Source: Gemmatimonadota bacterium (GTDB lineage Bacteria > Gemmatimonadota > Gemmatimonadetes > Palauibacterales > Palauibacteraceae). From it: a stretch of DNA of 64,000 nucleotides. The position numbers and the translations under genes are program-made. The notes beneath the pieces are model-generated. The model did not search any database. It saw only the letters and a program-made list of their open reading frames with translations, and had not been told where the DNA came from. The stretch's first letter is position 1; every line of letters begins with the position of its first letter. The stretch covers positions 3,864 to 67,863 of the forward strand of contig JBDHAD010000006.1 in the NCBI GenBank assembly GCA_039588215.1, given 5' to 3'. This document shows, piece by piece, positions 47,901 through 57,200 of the stretch.

Positions 47901-48676
47901 AGGCGGTCCGGTTCGGCTTGCTCCACGGCCACGGACCGCCCCTCTCGTTCCTCCAGCCGGTAGTGGTCCCGAAACTCGGGTGCCACGATGACGGAATCGT
48001 CCTGTTTCTCGACGATATCCGACTGGGAGCGCTCGAGCAGACGGAGGACATCGCTGGCGCTCTCCGCTTTGTACGCGGTCAGGTAGAGGTCGAGATCACC
48101 ATCCCCGTCCACGTCGGCCAGGGTCACGGTCGTGCTCCCGAGGCCCGGTGCGAGGCCGGCGTTGTCGGGTATTGCCTTGAACTGCCCCGTTCCGTCGTTC
48201 CGGAAGACGGCGTCGGGCCCTCCAAGTGACGTGACCACGAGGTCCAGATCGGCGTCGCCATCGACGTCAGCCAGGGCCGCTCCAGTCGAGTAGCGATCGC
48301 CCGCAGCCACCTCGGCTCTGTCCGTTACGTCCTCGAACCGCCAGCCGCCGAGATTGCGGTAGAGGGCGTTCGGTCCCTGGAGGCGATTCAGGTAGATGTC
48401 CGTGAGGCCGTCGCCGTCCACGTCACCGAGAGCCACCCCCGAACCGACGAGCAAGTGCTCGTTGTCCAGGGACCGCTCGACCTCGAGGGTATTGGCGAAA
48501 TCGATCCCGGTGCGGGAAGGCGCCATTTGAGCGAAGCCCGGATCGCCTCCTCCCCGGACCCGCAACTCACGCCACCGGTATCCGTCGGCATCCTGCCACT
48601 CGGACGGAGGGGGCGACGAGCACGAGGCAATCAGGACCAGGAGAAGGCCCGCCCCACCTACATGTTGGGTCCTCAC
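44933..48676 (-). CDS. Large CRTAC1-like protein with a duplicated (FG-GAP repeats plus ASPIC/UnbV) x2 architecture
   Basis: Signal/lipobox-like LLLVLIASCSS and many DVDGDGxxD FG-GAP-type repeats. There are two ASPIC/UnbV-like blocks: VAVRLLGEAPNTGGVGAKVRLIGG... in the middle, and LAVRLSGPQQNPDAIGAVIRVAY...GGSGYWS at the C-terminus. GTG start at 48674-48676. Confidence 0.8.
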   Translation of the reverse strand: MRTQHVGGAGLLLVLIASCSSPPPSEWQDADGYRWRELRVRGGGDPGFAQMAPSRTGIDFANTLEVERSLDNEHLLVGSGVALGDVDGDGLTDIYLNRLQGPNALYRNLGGWRFEDVTDRAEVAAGDRYSTGAALADVDGDADLDLVVTSLGGPDAVFRNDGTGQFKAIPDNAGLAPGLGSTTVTLADVDGDGDLDLYLTAYKAESASDVLRLLERSQSDIVEKQDDSVIVAPEFRDHYRLEEREGRSVAVEQAEPDRLYLNDGTGHFEPVSWTEGAFVDEDGRPLDHEPDDFGLAARFYDVDGDGDPDLYVCNDFDDPDHFWINRGDGTFGAAPSFSLRTYSHASMSVDFADIDRDGHVDFFVAEMLSRDPRRKLVQVPLHGPLRKPVGVIDDHPQVWRNTLFLNRGDGSFAQIAELSGVDASEWSWASIFLDVDLDGFEDLLVANGYSRHTQHGDEVDRITSLQGWATGRELKLLYPELRTRNAAFRNQGDLTFRDVGREWGFATEEDISQGMAAGDLDGDGDLDVVINRLGAPARVLRNDAARARVAVRLLGEAPNTGGVGAKVRLIGGPVPVQEKEMTAGGFYLSSSAPRLVFAAGEADSMTLEVDWPGGGQTVIEGVRPDRIYEVLEEETSRVAGAAGEGPGRNDGAESAAAEESADGPDSSAPLFSDESHLLGHTHPETQYEDFRLQPLLPYQPSRLGPGVSWIDVDSDGDADLVVPPGGGGRLGYLRNDGDRFTRVTLEDTPSTLDRTAVVAVPGEGGRPVLVVGQSSYEVTTVEEARSVAAALIVEPASGAEPTRPLAVGGLTRTGPLAVADVDGDTDLDLFVGGRMIPALYPLPGSSRLLLNERGDFVSDGRNEDILNEIGLVSGAVFSDVDLDGDPDLLMAIEWGSIRLLMNDAGRFTDETEAWGLDRLQGRWNGITTGDLDGDGRMDVVVTGWGRNVRHRPRPGRPLVLYHGDLDRNGTWDLVLAQQSEPGGDLHPLESYERLRVAVPSIRSRLPTFEAYSQGDMREVLGAPQEEVPRKVAREYEHLLLLNRGSRFEPTPLPVEAQFAPGTGVAVGDLDGDGREDVFLSQNFFPTRLDEPRYEAGLGLLLRGDGRGGLEAVSSVRSGIRIHGDQRGAALADYDGDGRTDLAVAQNGGATRLYRNVGGRPGLAVRLSGPQQNPDAIGAVIRVAYADRLGPAREVHGGSGYWSMDYAVQVLGVESEPVEVRVRWPGGSESRVAVPSGAREVTARWPGR

Positions 48677-48698
48677 CGAACGAAGGGCCCGATCGCCA

Positions 48699-50570
48699 CT
48701 ACGTGGCCCGCAGTTTGGCGTTCGCTTCTTCGAGCTCCTGAGTGAGCGTCCGGATCTTCCGCTCAGCCTCCTTTTGTGCGGTGAGGTCGGTGATCGAGCC
48801 CAGCACGTGAAGCCCCTTGGAGGTGTGGATCGGGCTCAGGCCGAGCTCCACCGGGACCTCCGATCCGTCCTTGCGTCTCGCGTGCAACTCGCGTCCCTGA
48901 CCGACAGCTCGGGCGGACGGCTCGCGCATGAACCCGGCGACGTGCGCTTCGTGCACCTCGCGCAGGTGTGACGGAACGAGGAGCTCGATCGGCTGGCCGA
49001 TCAGCTCGTCGACCGCGTATTGGGTCAGGCGCTCGGCGGCGTGGTTCGCCAGGACGATGCGGACGTCGCCGTCAACCATGATCATCGCGGTCGAAGACGA
49101 TTCGATGGCCAGACGGAATCGCTCCTGTTCCTGCTTTTGCTCGGTCATGTCCTTGGCCACCGCGTACAGCAATCCCGTCTCTGGTTCCGGGTGCGAGGTC
49201 CACAGCAAATGCCTGTAGCCGCCGTCGGCGCAACGGAAACGATTCTCGAACGAGATCGTGGGTATACCCTGCGCCAGCTTGGCGATTTCGCGATTCGTCG
49301 CATCGATGTCGTCGGGGTGGATGAGGTCGTTGAACGGCTTGTTCAACAGCTCCTCGCGATTCCAGCCCAGCGTCCGCTCGAAGGCGGGGTTGGTCCTCTT
49401 GAAGTAGCCGTCCGTTCCCGCGATGCACATCATGTCGAGCGAGACGTCGAAGAACCGTTGGAACTCGTGCAGTTGCAACATCCGCTGCTCCAACTCCGCT
49501 GCCATCTCGTTGAACGTGTGCGCGAGGAAGCCGATCTCGTCCCGCGCCGCGACCGTGGCCCGAGCCGCCAGCTCGCCGTCCCGGATCCGGGTCGCGGCCC
49601 CGGCCAGGTCGTGGATCGGTCTGGCGAAGTGAAGACCCAGGAGGGTACCAAGGAGAATCGCGAAGGCCGAGACCGACAGACCGAGCCGCGTGGACTCACG
49701 ACGGAAGTCGGCGATCACACTCCTCTCCTCCCCGGCATCGAACTTCACGACCAAACCCCACCCCGGCTCTTGGAGGAATCGTGTCGCCGCCCAGACCGGC
49801 TCCCCGCGGTAGTCGGTGACGCCCTCCGAGTACCTCGCCTCCTCCCCCCGCAGCGCCAGGTTGGCCGGGTCCATCGGTTCATCGGTTCGGACTACCTCGG
49901 CGCCGGCGGGCACGGGATGGCGAACGGGGTGCAGCACACGGGCGCGCCCATCCGCGTCCCGGGCTACGATCATCGTCTCGCCGGTCTCTCCTAGTTCCTG
50001 GTAGTCCCCGGCCAATTCGAGCAGCCGCTGGCCATTCAGCACGACGTTCAGCGTCCCGAGCCGCTCGCCCTCGGTAATCAGGGTGGCGCCGAAGCCGACC
50101 CGGGGTCCACCGTCCGAAGTGAACGCGACGCCGCGAAAGGAGATGCTGTCTTCGGACTGGCGCGGAGGACCGAACGACGGGATGGAGAGGCCAGGCCCCA
50201 GGGCGCGATCTGCGGACGCCACCGGCTGCCCATCGCGATCGTGGACCGCGAGCAAGTCGACGTTGCTGACCGAGCCCACCGCGTCCTCGAGGATTCGGCG
50301 GATACGAGCAGATGTCTCTGAGCTTGGAGCCTGATTGTAATCGCGCAGGCTGAGTCGGAGCTGCGTGCGGCTCGCGATCAGGTTGATCTCGTCACGCCAG
50401 CCCAAGAGAACGCTCTCCAAGCTTTGCTTCTTGGATTCCGCCAGGCTGTCGAGCTGATCCAGCTTGCTGTTGCGGAGGAGACTGCGGGCGTTCGTGTACA
50501 TCATGCCGCCGAGGACGAGCATACTCCCCAGTGCGACGGCAACGAGGGCGAAGACGAGCTTGGTTCGCAT
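48699..50570 (-). CDS. Membrane sensor protein: Cache-like periplasmic domain, HAMP, two PAS domains, no output domain
   Basis: ATG 50568-50570 gives MRTKLVFALVAVALGSMLVLGG (TM1). A periplasmic region of about 270 aa and TM2 follow, then HAMP (ARPIHDLAGAATRIRDGEL...IGFLAHTFNEMAAEL) and two PAS blocks (FFDVSLDMMCIAGTDGYFKRTNPAFERTLGW...; LAIESSSTAMIMVDGDVRIVLANHAAERLTQY...). It ends in the coiled-coil KEAERKIRTLTQELEEANAKLRAT. The track's 1445-aa ORF upstream of 50570 is antisense to the BNR gene. Confidence 0.75.
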   Translation of the reverse strand: MRTKLVFALVAVALGSMLVLGGMMYTNARSLLRNSKLDQLDSLAESKKQSLESVLLGWRDEINLIASRTQLRLSLRDYNQAPSSETSARIRRILEDAVGSVSNVDLLAVHDRDGQPVASADRALGPGLSIPSFGPPRQSEDSISFRGVAFTSDGGPRVGFGATLITEGERLGTLNVVLNGQRLLELAGDYQELGETGETMIVARDADGRARVLHPVRHPVPAGAEVVRTDEPMDPANLALRGEEARYSEGVTDYRGEPVWAATRFLQEPGWGLVVKFDAGEERSVIADFRRESTRLGLSVSAFAILLGTLLGLHFARPIHDLAGAATRIRDGELAARATVAARDEIGFLAHTFNEMAAELEQRMLQLHEFQRFFDVSLDMMCIAGTDGYFKRTNPAFERTLGWNREELLNKPFNDLIHPDDIDATNREIAKLAQGIPTISFENRFRCADGGYRHLLWTSHPEPETGLLYAVAKDMTEQKQEQERFRLAIESSSTAMIMVDGDVRIVLANHAAERLTQYAVDELIGQPIELLVPSHLREVHEAHVAGFMREPSARAVGQGRELHARRKDGSEVPVELGLSPIHTSKGLHVLGSITDLTAQKEAERKIRTLTQELEEANAKLRAT

Positions 50571-50720
50571 GTCCACGGGCTGACGATATGGATTGATCAC
50601 ACCGCCGGCCACCGACCAAATCCACCGGCTCGTTTCCAAGGCAGCTCTTTGGCCATCGCCAACCCGAGTCCGCCGTCGCATACTTCCGGTCGGTGTTCCA
50701 CCTCCAGCCGGAGCAGGCCC

Positions 50721-53700
50721 ATGCGAATCGACCGTCTCGTCGCCACTGTTGCCATCGTCGCCACCGTCGTCGTAGCCGCCACGCCAGCCACGGCCCAGCA
50801 GGTCGATCCCACCGCCTTTGACGCGATGAAGTATCGGCACATCGGCCCCGAAGGGAACCGGATCTCGGCGGTCGAAGGGGTGCCGGGAGACCCCAACACC
50901 TACTACGCCGGTGCGGCGTCGGGGGGGATCTTCAAGACGATCGATGGTGGCACCTGGTGGGAGCCGATTTTTGATGACCAGGACGCGCTCTCGATCGGCT
51001 GGATCACCCTCGCGCCGTCCGACCGCAACGTCGTTTGGGTCGGGACGGGAGAGCCGAACATCCGCAGCCACATCTCGATGGGAAAAGGGGTGTACCGGTC
51101 CACTGACGCGGGGAAGACATGGAGCTTTCTGGGACTCGAAAACACGGGTCGGGTGAGCCGCGTCCAGGTCGATCCGCGCGACCCTGACGTCGCGTATGTG
51201 GCGGCGCTCGGTCACGCCTACGGACCCCAGCGGGAGCGCGGGGTCTTCCGCACGCGCGACGGCGGGCAGACGTGGGAACACGTGCTGTTCGTAGACGAGA
51301 ACACCGGCGCGTCGGACCTGGTCATGGATCCCAACAACCCGCGCATCCTGTTCGCGGGCATGTGGCAGATCGAGATCCACACGTGGGGCCGGACGAGTGG
51401 CGGGCCGGGGAGCGGGATCTGGATGTCGCGCGACGGGGGAGACACTTGGACGAGGCTCGAGGGAAGCGGTCTCCCCGAGAAGGACGTGGGCAAGATCGCG
51501 CTTGCGATCGCCCCGACGAACTCGGACCGCATCTACGCGCTGATCGAGACGGGCGATGGCGTGCCACTCACCGATGGGACGGAGACCGAGAGCGGCGAGC
51601 TGTGGCGCTCGGACGATGGCGGGGACACGTGGAAGCTCGTCTCGTACGACCGTAACCTGGCCGGCCGCACGCACTACTACAGCCGCGTGGAGGTGTCGCC
51701 GGCGGATGACATGGAGGCGTACTTCCTCGCCGCGCCCTTCAGCTCGACCACGAACGGCGGGGAAAGCACGATCGATCACGACGGCCGCTCGTCGCCCTGG
51801 GGCGACAATCACGACATCTGGATCGATCCGGAGAACCCGGACCGGATGATCGTAGCGAACGACGGGGGCGTCGACATCTCCGTCAATCGCGCGCAGACGT
51901 GGCGGCAGATCGCCCTCCCCGTGGCCCAGATGTATCATGTCACGGTCGACACCAGGGTCCCGTACTACGTCTACGGCAACCGGCAGGACGGGCAATCGAT
52001 GCGTGGCCCGAGCCGGACCTTCTATGGGGGTTTCCTCGGCTCTGCCGGCAATATCCCGCGTGGCGATTGGCACGATGTGGGGGGCGGCGAGAGCGGTTTC
52101 GCGACCCCCGACCCCGTGAACCCCGACATCATCTGGTCGAGCGCTTCCGGGTCGGGCGCCGTAGGCGGCATCGTGACCCGCATGGATCTCGAATCGCGGC
52201 AGGTGCACGACGTGGAGGTGTGGCCCAAGAGCACGATCGGCTGGGGGGCGGGCGAGCTCCGGTACCGGTTCGTGTGGGATCCGCCCCTCACGATCTCCCC
52301 GCACGACCACGAAAGGGTGTACACCGGGTCGCAGTACGTGCATGTGACGACGGATCAGGGCCGGAGCTGGGAGGTGATTAGCCCGGACCTCACACGCGAC
52401 GATACGACCAAGATGGGGCTCTCGGGCGGTCTCACGCCGGACAACATCGGGGTGGAGTACGCCGGCGTCGTGTTCGCGATCGAGGAATCGCCCATCACCC
52501 CGGGGCTCATCTGGGTCGGCACGAACGACGGACTCATCCACCTGACGCGAGATGGCGGCGACACGTGGACCGACCTGACCGCGAACGTGCCCGGCATGCC
52601 CGAGTGGGGCTCGATCCGCAACATCGAGGCGTCGCGCCACGATGCCGGGACCGCCTACTTCGCGGTCGATGGGCATCAGGCCGACAACCGCGACCCGTGG
52701 ATCTACCGCACCCGGGACTACGGCCAGTCCTGGGAGCTGATCGTGAACGGGATCCCGAGGAGTCCCTTGAGCTTCACCCGTTCCGTGCTCGAGGATCCCG
52801 TGCGTCGCGGATTGCTGTACTCGGGGACGGAGAACGGGCTGTACGTATCGTTCAACGACGGTGACCTGTGGCAGCCGCTTCAGTCCAACCTGCCCCATGC
52901 GCCCGTCTTGTGGATGGTGATCCAGGAACACTTCAACGACCTGGTCGTGGGCACCTACGGCCGTGGCTTCTGGATCCTCGACGACATCTCCGCCATCCAA
53001 CAGCTGACCCCCGAAGTGACCGCGAGCGACGTGCACCTGTTCGCGCCGCGTGCCGAGTATCGGTTCCGGCAGACGGTGCCTCCGTACTCGTCGGGGCAGG
53101 ATCCCGTGGCGGGGGAGAACCCACCTTATGGGGCGTCGATCGACTACTGGCTGTCTGCGACTGTGGCTGGCGCCGAAGCCGCCGGGGGCGCCGAAGCCGA
53201 ATCCGCTGCCGGCGCGGACAGCGTGGACATCGAGATCGTCGACGCTTCAGGCGTGACCGTTCGGTCCCTGAAGGGCGGCATGAAAGCCGGGATCAACCGC
53301 GTCTGGTGGAACCTCCGCCACGACGAGTCCGAAGAGGCGAGACTCCGTACGAGCCCCCTCCACGCGCCATGGGTGACGGTGGGCAAGGACGGGACGCGCG
53401 ACGCGGAAGGCCTGGGGACGATCTCGCTCCTCGCCCTACCCGGTAGCTACACGATCAACCTGACCGTGAACGGCCAGGGGTACACACAGCCGCTCGAGGT
53501 GCGAAAGGACCCCAACTCGAAGGGCACCGAGGCCGAGGTGCGCGAGAGCTTCGCCCTGGTGAGCGAGCTCCGCGACGATCTGGATCGCGCGGTCGAGGTC
53601 ATTGACCGGGCCGAGCGGGTCCGCGCGCAGCTCCAGGCGCTTCGGAAGCTGCACGGTGGAGACGACGAGGCGGCTGTCGCGCTCCGTGACGACGCTGAAG

Positions 53701-53999
53701 CGCTCGAAGAACAGTTCACCGCTGTCGAGGCGAAGCTCTACCAGCTGTACGCGACCGGCCGTGGCCAGGACGGCATTCGCTGGCCGGCCCGCGTGGCGCA
53801 GCAGATCGGAAGCCTGGCCGGCAAGGTGCAGAGCTCCGACTTCGCCCCGACCCGGCAGCAGCGGGAGGTCCACGACGAGCTCCACGGGGAGCTGGACGCC
53901 ATCCGGGCCGATTACGACGCGCTCCTGTCCGGTGAGCTGGCGGCCTTCAACGAGAGGCTCGCGAGGGACGGGTTGGCGGGGATCACCACCGGTGGCTGA
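50721..53999 (+). CDS. BNR/Asp-box repeat protein (sortilin/VPS10-like 'glycosyl hydrolase' family), secreted
   Basis: MRIDRLVATVAIVATVVVAATPATA signal peptide. At least seven Asp-box motifs: STDAGKTW, TRDGGQTW, SRDGGDTW, SDDGGDTW, TTDQGRSW, TRDGGDTW, TRDYGQSW. Helical C-terminal extension. ATG at 50721. Confidence 0.75.
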   Translation: MRIDRLVATVAIVATVVVAATPATAQQVDPTAFDAMKYRHIGPEGNRISAVEGVPGDPNTYYAGAASGGIFKTIDGGTWWEPIFDDQDALSIGWITLAPSDRNVVWVGTGEPNIRSHISMGKGVYRSTDAGKTWSFLGLENTGRVSRVQVDPRDPDVAYVAALGHAYGPQRERGVFRTRDGGQTWEHVLFVDENTGASDLVMDPNNPRILFAGMWQIEIHTWGRTSGGPGSGIWMSRDGGDTWTRLEGSGLPEKDVGKIALAIAPTNSDRIYALIETGDGVPLTDGTETESGELWRSDDGGDTWKLVSYDRNLAGRTHYYSRVEVSPADDMEAYFLAAPFSSTTNGGESTIDHDGRSSPWGDNHDIWIDPENPDRMIVANDGGVDISVNRAQTWRQIALPVAQMYHVTVDTRVPYYVYGNRQDGQSMRGPSRTFYGGFLGSAGNIPRGDWHDVGGGESGFATPDPVNPDIIWSSASGSGAVGGIVTRMDLESRQVHDVEVWPKSTIGWGAGELRYRFVWDPPLTISPHDHERVYTGSQYVHVTTDQGRSWEVISPDLTRDDTTKMGLSGGLTPDNIGVEYAGVVFAIEESPITPGLIWVGTNDGLIHLTRDGGDTWTDLTANVPGMPEWGSIRNIEASRHDAGTAYFAVDGHQADNRDPWIYRTRDYGQSWELIVNGIPRSPLSFTRSVLEDPVRRGLLYSGTENGLYVSFNDGDLWQPLQSNLPHAPVLWMVIQEHFNDLVVGTYGRGFWILDDISAIQQLTPEVTASDVHLFAPRAEYRFRQTVPPYSSGQDPVAGENPPYGASIDYWLSATVAGAEAAGGAEAESAAGADSVDIEIVDASGVTVRSLKGGMKAGINRVWWNLRHDESEEARLRTSPLHAPWVTVGKDGTRDAEGLGTISLLALPGSYTINLTVNGQGYTQPLEVRKDPNSKGTEAEVRESFALVSELRDDLDRAVEVIDRAERVRAQLQALRKLHGGDDEAAVALRDDAEALEEQFTAVEAKLYQLYATGRGQDGIRWPARVAQQIGSLAGKVQSSDFAPTRQQREVHDELHGELDAIRADYDALLSGELAAFNERLARDGLAGITTGG

Positions 54000-54253
54000 A
54001 CCACCGCACTCCCTCGTGCACCGAGCGAGCGGTCCCCGATCTTGAGTCCGCCGGTGGAAGCGGCGACCGCCCGCGAGGGCGTCACCGGATTGCCGTCCCA
54101 GCCTTTTTGGATCAAGTAGGTGCCTGGCCTGTCGGTGTCAATCCGGGACCTCGGAATCCGAAGGCTCTGACACGACGTCAGCCACACCTGCCGTCGCTGG
54201 GGAGTTGTGCAGGCCACCGGCGAGAACTGCTGATCCCCGAGAAAGATGGGCTT

Positions 54254-57200
54254 ATGAACGCTTACCCGATGCATGTCGGCGGCGCCCGCATCAAGCGGTC
54301 CGCAGGAAAGGTCAGCGGCGACTACCTCTCGCTCGGGTCGGAGCGGTTCTACCGAATCGCCAACTACGACCGCATGAGCCCCTTCTTCATGAGTATCGCG
54401 AGCGCCTCCGATCACTGGCTGTTCATCTCGAGCAACGGAGGATTGACCGCGGGGCGACAGGACTCGAATCACGCGCTCTTCCCCTACTACACGGAAGACA
54501 AGATCCACGACAACGTGGACCACACCGGATCCAGAACGATCCTGCGAGTCCTTAGAGAAGGGAAGCGGTTCCTGTGGGAGCCCTACAGCCGCCACTGCGG
54601 GGCTCTCTACGATGTGTCCCGGAACCTCTACAAGAACGTGTACGGAAACAAGCTGATGTTCGAGGAAGTGAACCACGACCTCCAGCTGATTTTCCGCTAC
54701 ACCTGGACGCTGTCGGACGAGTTCGGGTTCGTCAAACGCAGCGAGCTCGTGAATACGAGCCTTGAGTCGGCCTCGGTGGAGGTGCTGGACGGGATCGAGA
54801 ACATTCTCCCGTGGGGTGTGGCAGAATCCTTCCAGAACAAGTACAGCTGCCTGGGTGACGCGTACAAACAGAACGAGCTGGAAGGCGAGAGCGGTCTCGC
54901 CACCTATGCCTTCAGCTCGCTTCCAGGTGACAGCGCCGAGCCTGCCGAGGCTTTGCGGGCGACGGTCTGCTGGTCGACGTGCCCTCGGGATGCAACCAGG
55001 CTGCTTTCCTCCGTGCAACTCGACCGGTTCCGCCGCGGCGATGCCGTGCGGACGGAAACCAGAATGTGCGGACGGCGCGGAGCGTTCTTCGTTCAAGAGA
55101 CGAAGGACATGGCTCCCGGCGGGCAGCAAGACTGGTTGATCGTCGCGGATGTGGACTACGGGCTCTCCGAGATCGCTTCCCTGAAGAGGATCTTCGCCGA
55201 AGCGTTGGACTTGAAGAGCCTGGTATGCGAAGACGTCGAAGAGGGCACGCGGCGCCTGGCGGCCATCGTGGCCCGGGCCGACGGACTCCAACAGACCGGC
55301 GACAGGCTCGGCTCCGCCCACCACTTTTCCAATGTTCTCTTCAACGTGATGCGGGGCGGTGTTTTCGAGTCCTCCTACTCCATTCCGGTGGCGGACCTCA
55401 GAGATTTCGTTCGCGCCTTCAACCGGAGGACATGGGCTCGGCAGGAGGACTCTCTGAGCGCCCTGGGTGAGCACGTCGAGCTCGATCGGTTGCTGGAAGA
55501 GGCCCGTTCGCTTGGCGACCCCGAGTTTACTCGCCTCGTGCTCGAGTACCTGCCGATCTCGTTCAGCCGCCGCCACGGGGACCCCAGCCGGCCCTGGAAC
55601 CAGTTCTCGATCAACGTCAAGAATCGAGACGGCTCGAAAGTGCTGGACTACCAGGGAAACTGGCGCGACATCTTCCAGAACTGGGAAGCCCTATGCCTTT
55701 CCTTCCCGGAGTATCTGGAAGGCGTGATCAGCAAGTTCGTCAACACCTCGACGGCCGACGGCTACAACCCCTATCGCGTCACCAAGGACGGCTACGACTG
55801 GGAGATTCCCGAGCCCGGCGAACCGTGGGCGAGCCTCGGTTACTGGGGCGACCACCAGCTCGTCTATCTGCTCAAGTTCCTCGAGCTGTCCCGAAATCAC
55901 CACCCGGGCGATCTCGAGAGAACGCTGCACGATCGGAGGTTCGTGTATGCCGACGTGCCGTACGACATAAATCCGTACCAGGATCTCGTCGACGACCCGC
56001 GAGATTCGATCGCGTACAACACCGATCGCGAGGCGAGGATCGCGGCCAGAGTGGAAGCCGTCGGCTTCGACGGCAGATATCTTGCGGACCCGGCGGGCGA
56101 GATCTGCCGGGCGAACCTGGCGGAGAAGCTGCTGGTGCCGCTGCTGGCCAAGGTATGCAACTTCGTTCCCGGGGCCGGATTCTGGATGAATACGCAGCGT
56201 CCGGAATGGAACGACGCCAACAATGCCCTGGCCGGATTCGGCGCCTCGATGGTGACCCTCTGCTATGCGCGGCGATATGTCTCGTTCTTCCTCGACCTGC
56301 TCGGCAACGCCGAGTCGGAGGAGGTGCTGCTGAACCAGGAGGTCGCGCGCTGGCTCGAAGAGACGAGCAGAATCCTGACCGACCACCGCCAATTGCTCGA
56401 CAAGGGCGAGCTCGAGGACGCGGACCGCAAGACGGTTCTCGACGGTCTAGGGCGGGTCGCGGACAATCACCGTTCCGGCATCTACGCCAACGGGCTGAGC
56501 GGCCGAAGCAGGGGCGTGGCGATCGATGAGCTCGCGGCCTTTCTGCGACTGACTCTGGGATTCTTCGATCAGACCATCGAGCTCAACCGGAGAGACGACG
56601 GTCTCTATCACGCCTACAATGTCCTGGGAATCTCGCCGCAGGGCGTTTCCGTGGAGCGACTGAACCCGATGCTCGAAGGTCAGGTGGCGGTTCTGAGCTC
56701 GGGATCATTGAGTGCCGAGGAAGCTTTATCGGTCTCGAGGGCGCTGCGGCAGAGCGAACTGTATCGCAGCGACCAGCATTCCTACCTGCTCTATCCGAAC
56801 AGGACGCTGCCGGGGTTTCTGGAGAAGAACACGATCCCTTCAGCCCAGGTGGAACGCTCGGAGCTGTTCAGAGGGCTCGTCTCCGACGGCAACACCGACC
56901 TGGTCGAAGAGGACGTTGAGGGAAACCTCCATTTCAACAGTCTGTTCCGAAATATTCGAGATGTGCGTGCAGCTCTCGAACGGCTCCGGAATCTGGGTTA
57001 CGGGCACCAGGTAGACGAGGAGTCCGAGCTCGTCAGCCAGATTTTCGAATCCGTTTTCGAGCACAAGAGATTCACCGGTCGCTCCGGGACCTTCTACGGC
57101 TACGAGGGACTCGGCTGTATCTACTGGCACATGGTCAGCAAGTTGCTGCTCGCGGTTCAGGAATGCTGCCTGGCAGCCGACGCTCGTGGAGACGAGGCCT

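Noticed and set aside
50571-53036. Upstream 820 codons of the 1445-aa minus-strand ORF (48699..53036), which would make a giant sensor protein
   Set aside because: This part is exactly antisense to the BNR/Asp-box gene, whose motifs are unambiguous. Its translation is R/G/P/H-rich with no recognisable domain. The sensor has a proper ATG, TM helix and domain order starting at 50570. It is a typical high-GC antisense ORF.
53912-55576. 554-aa minus-strand ORF overlapping the end of the BNR gene and the start of the putative phosphorylase
   Set aside because: It is antisense to two well-supported plus-strand genes and has no motifs or start context.
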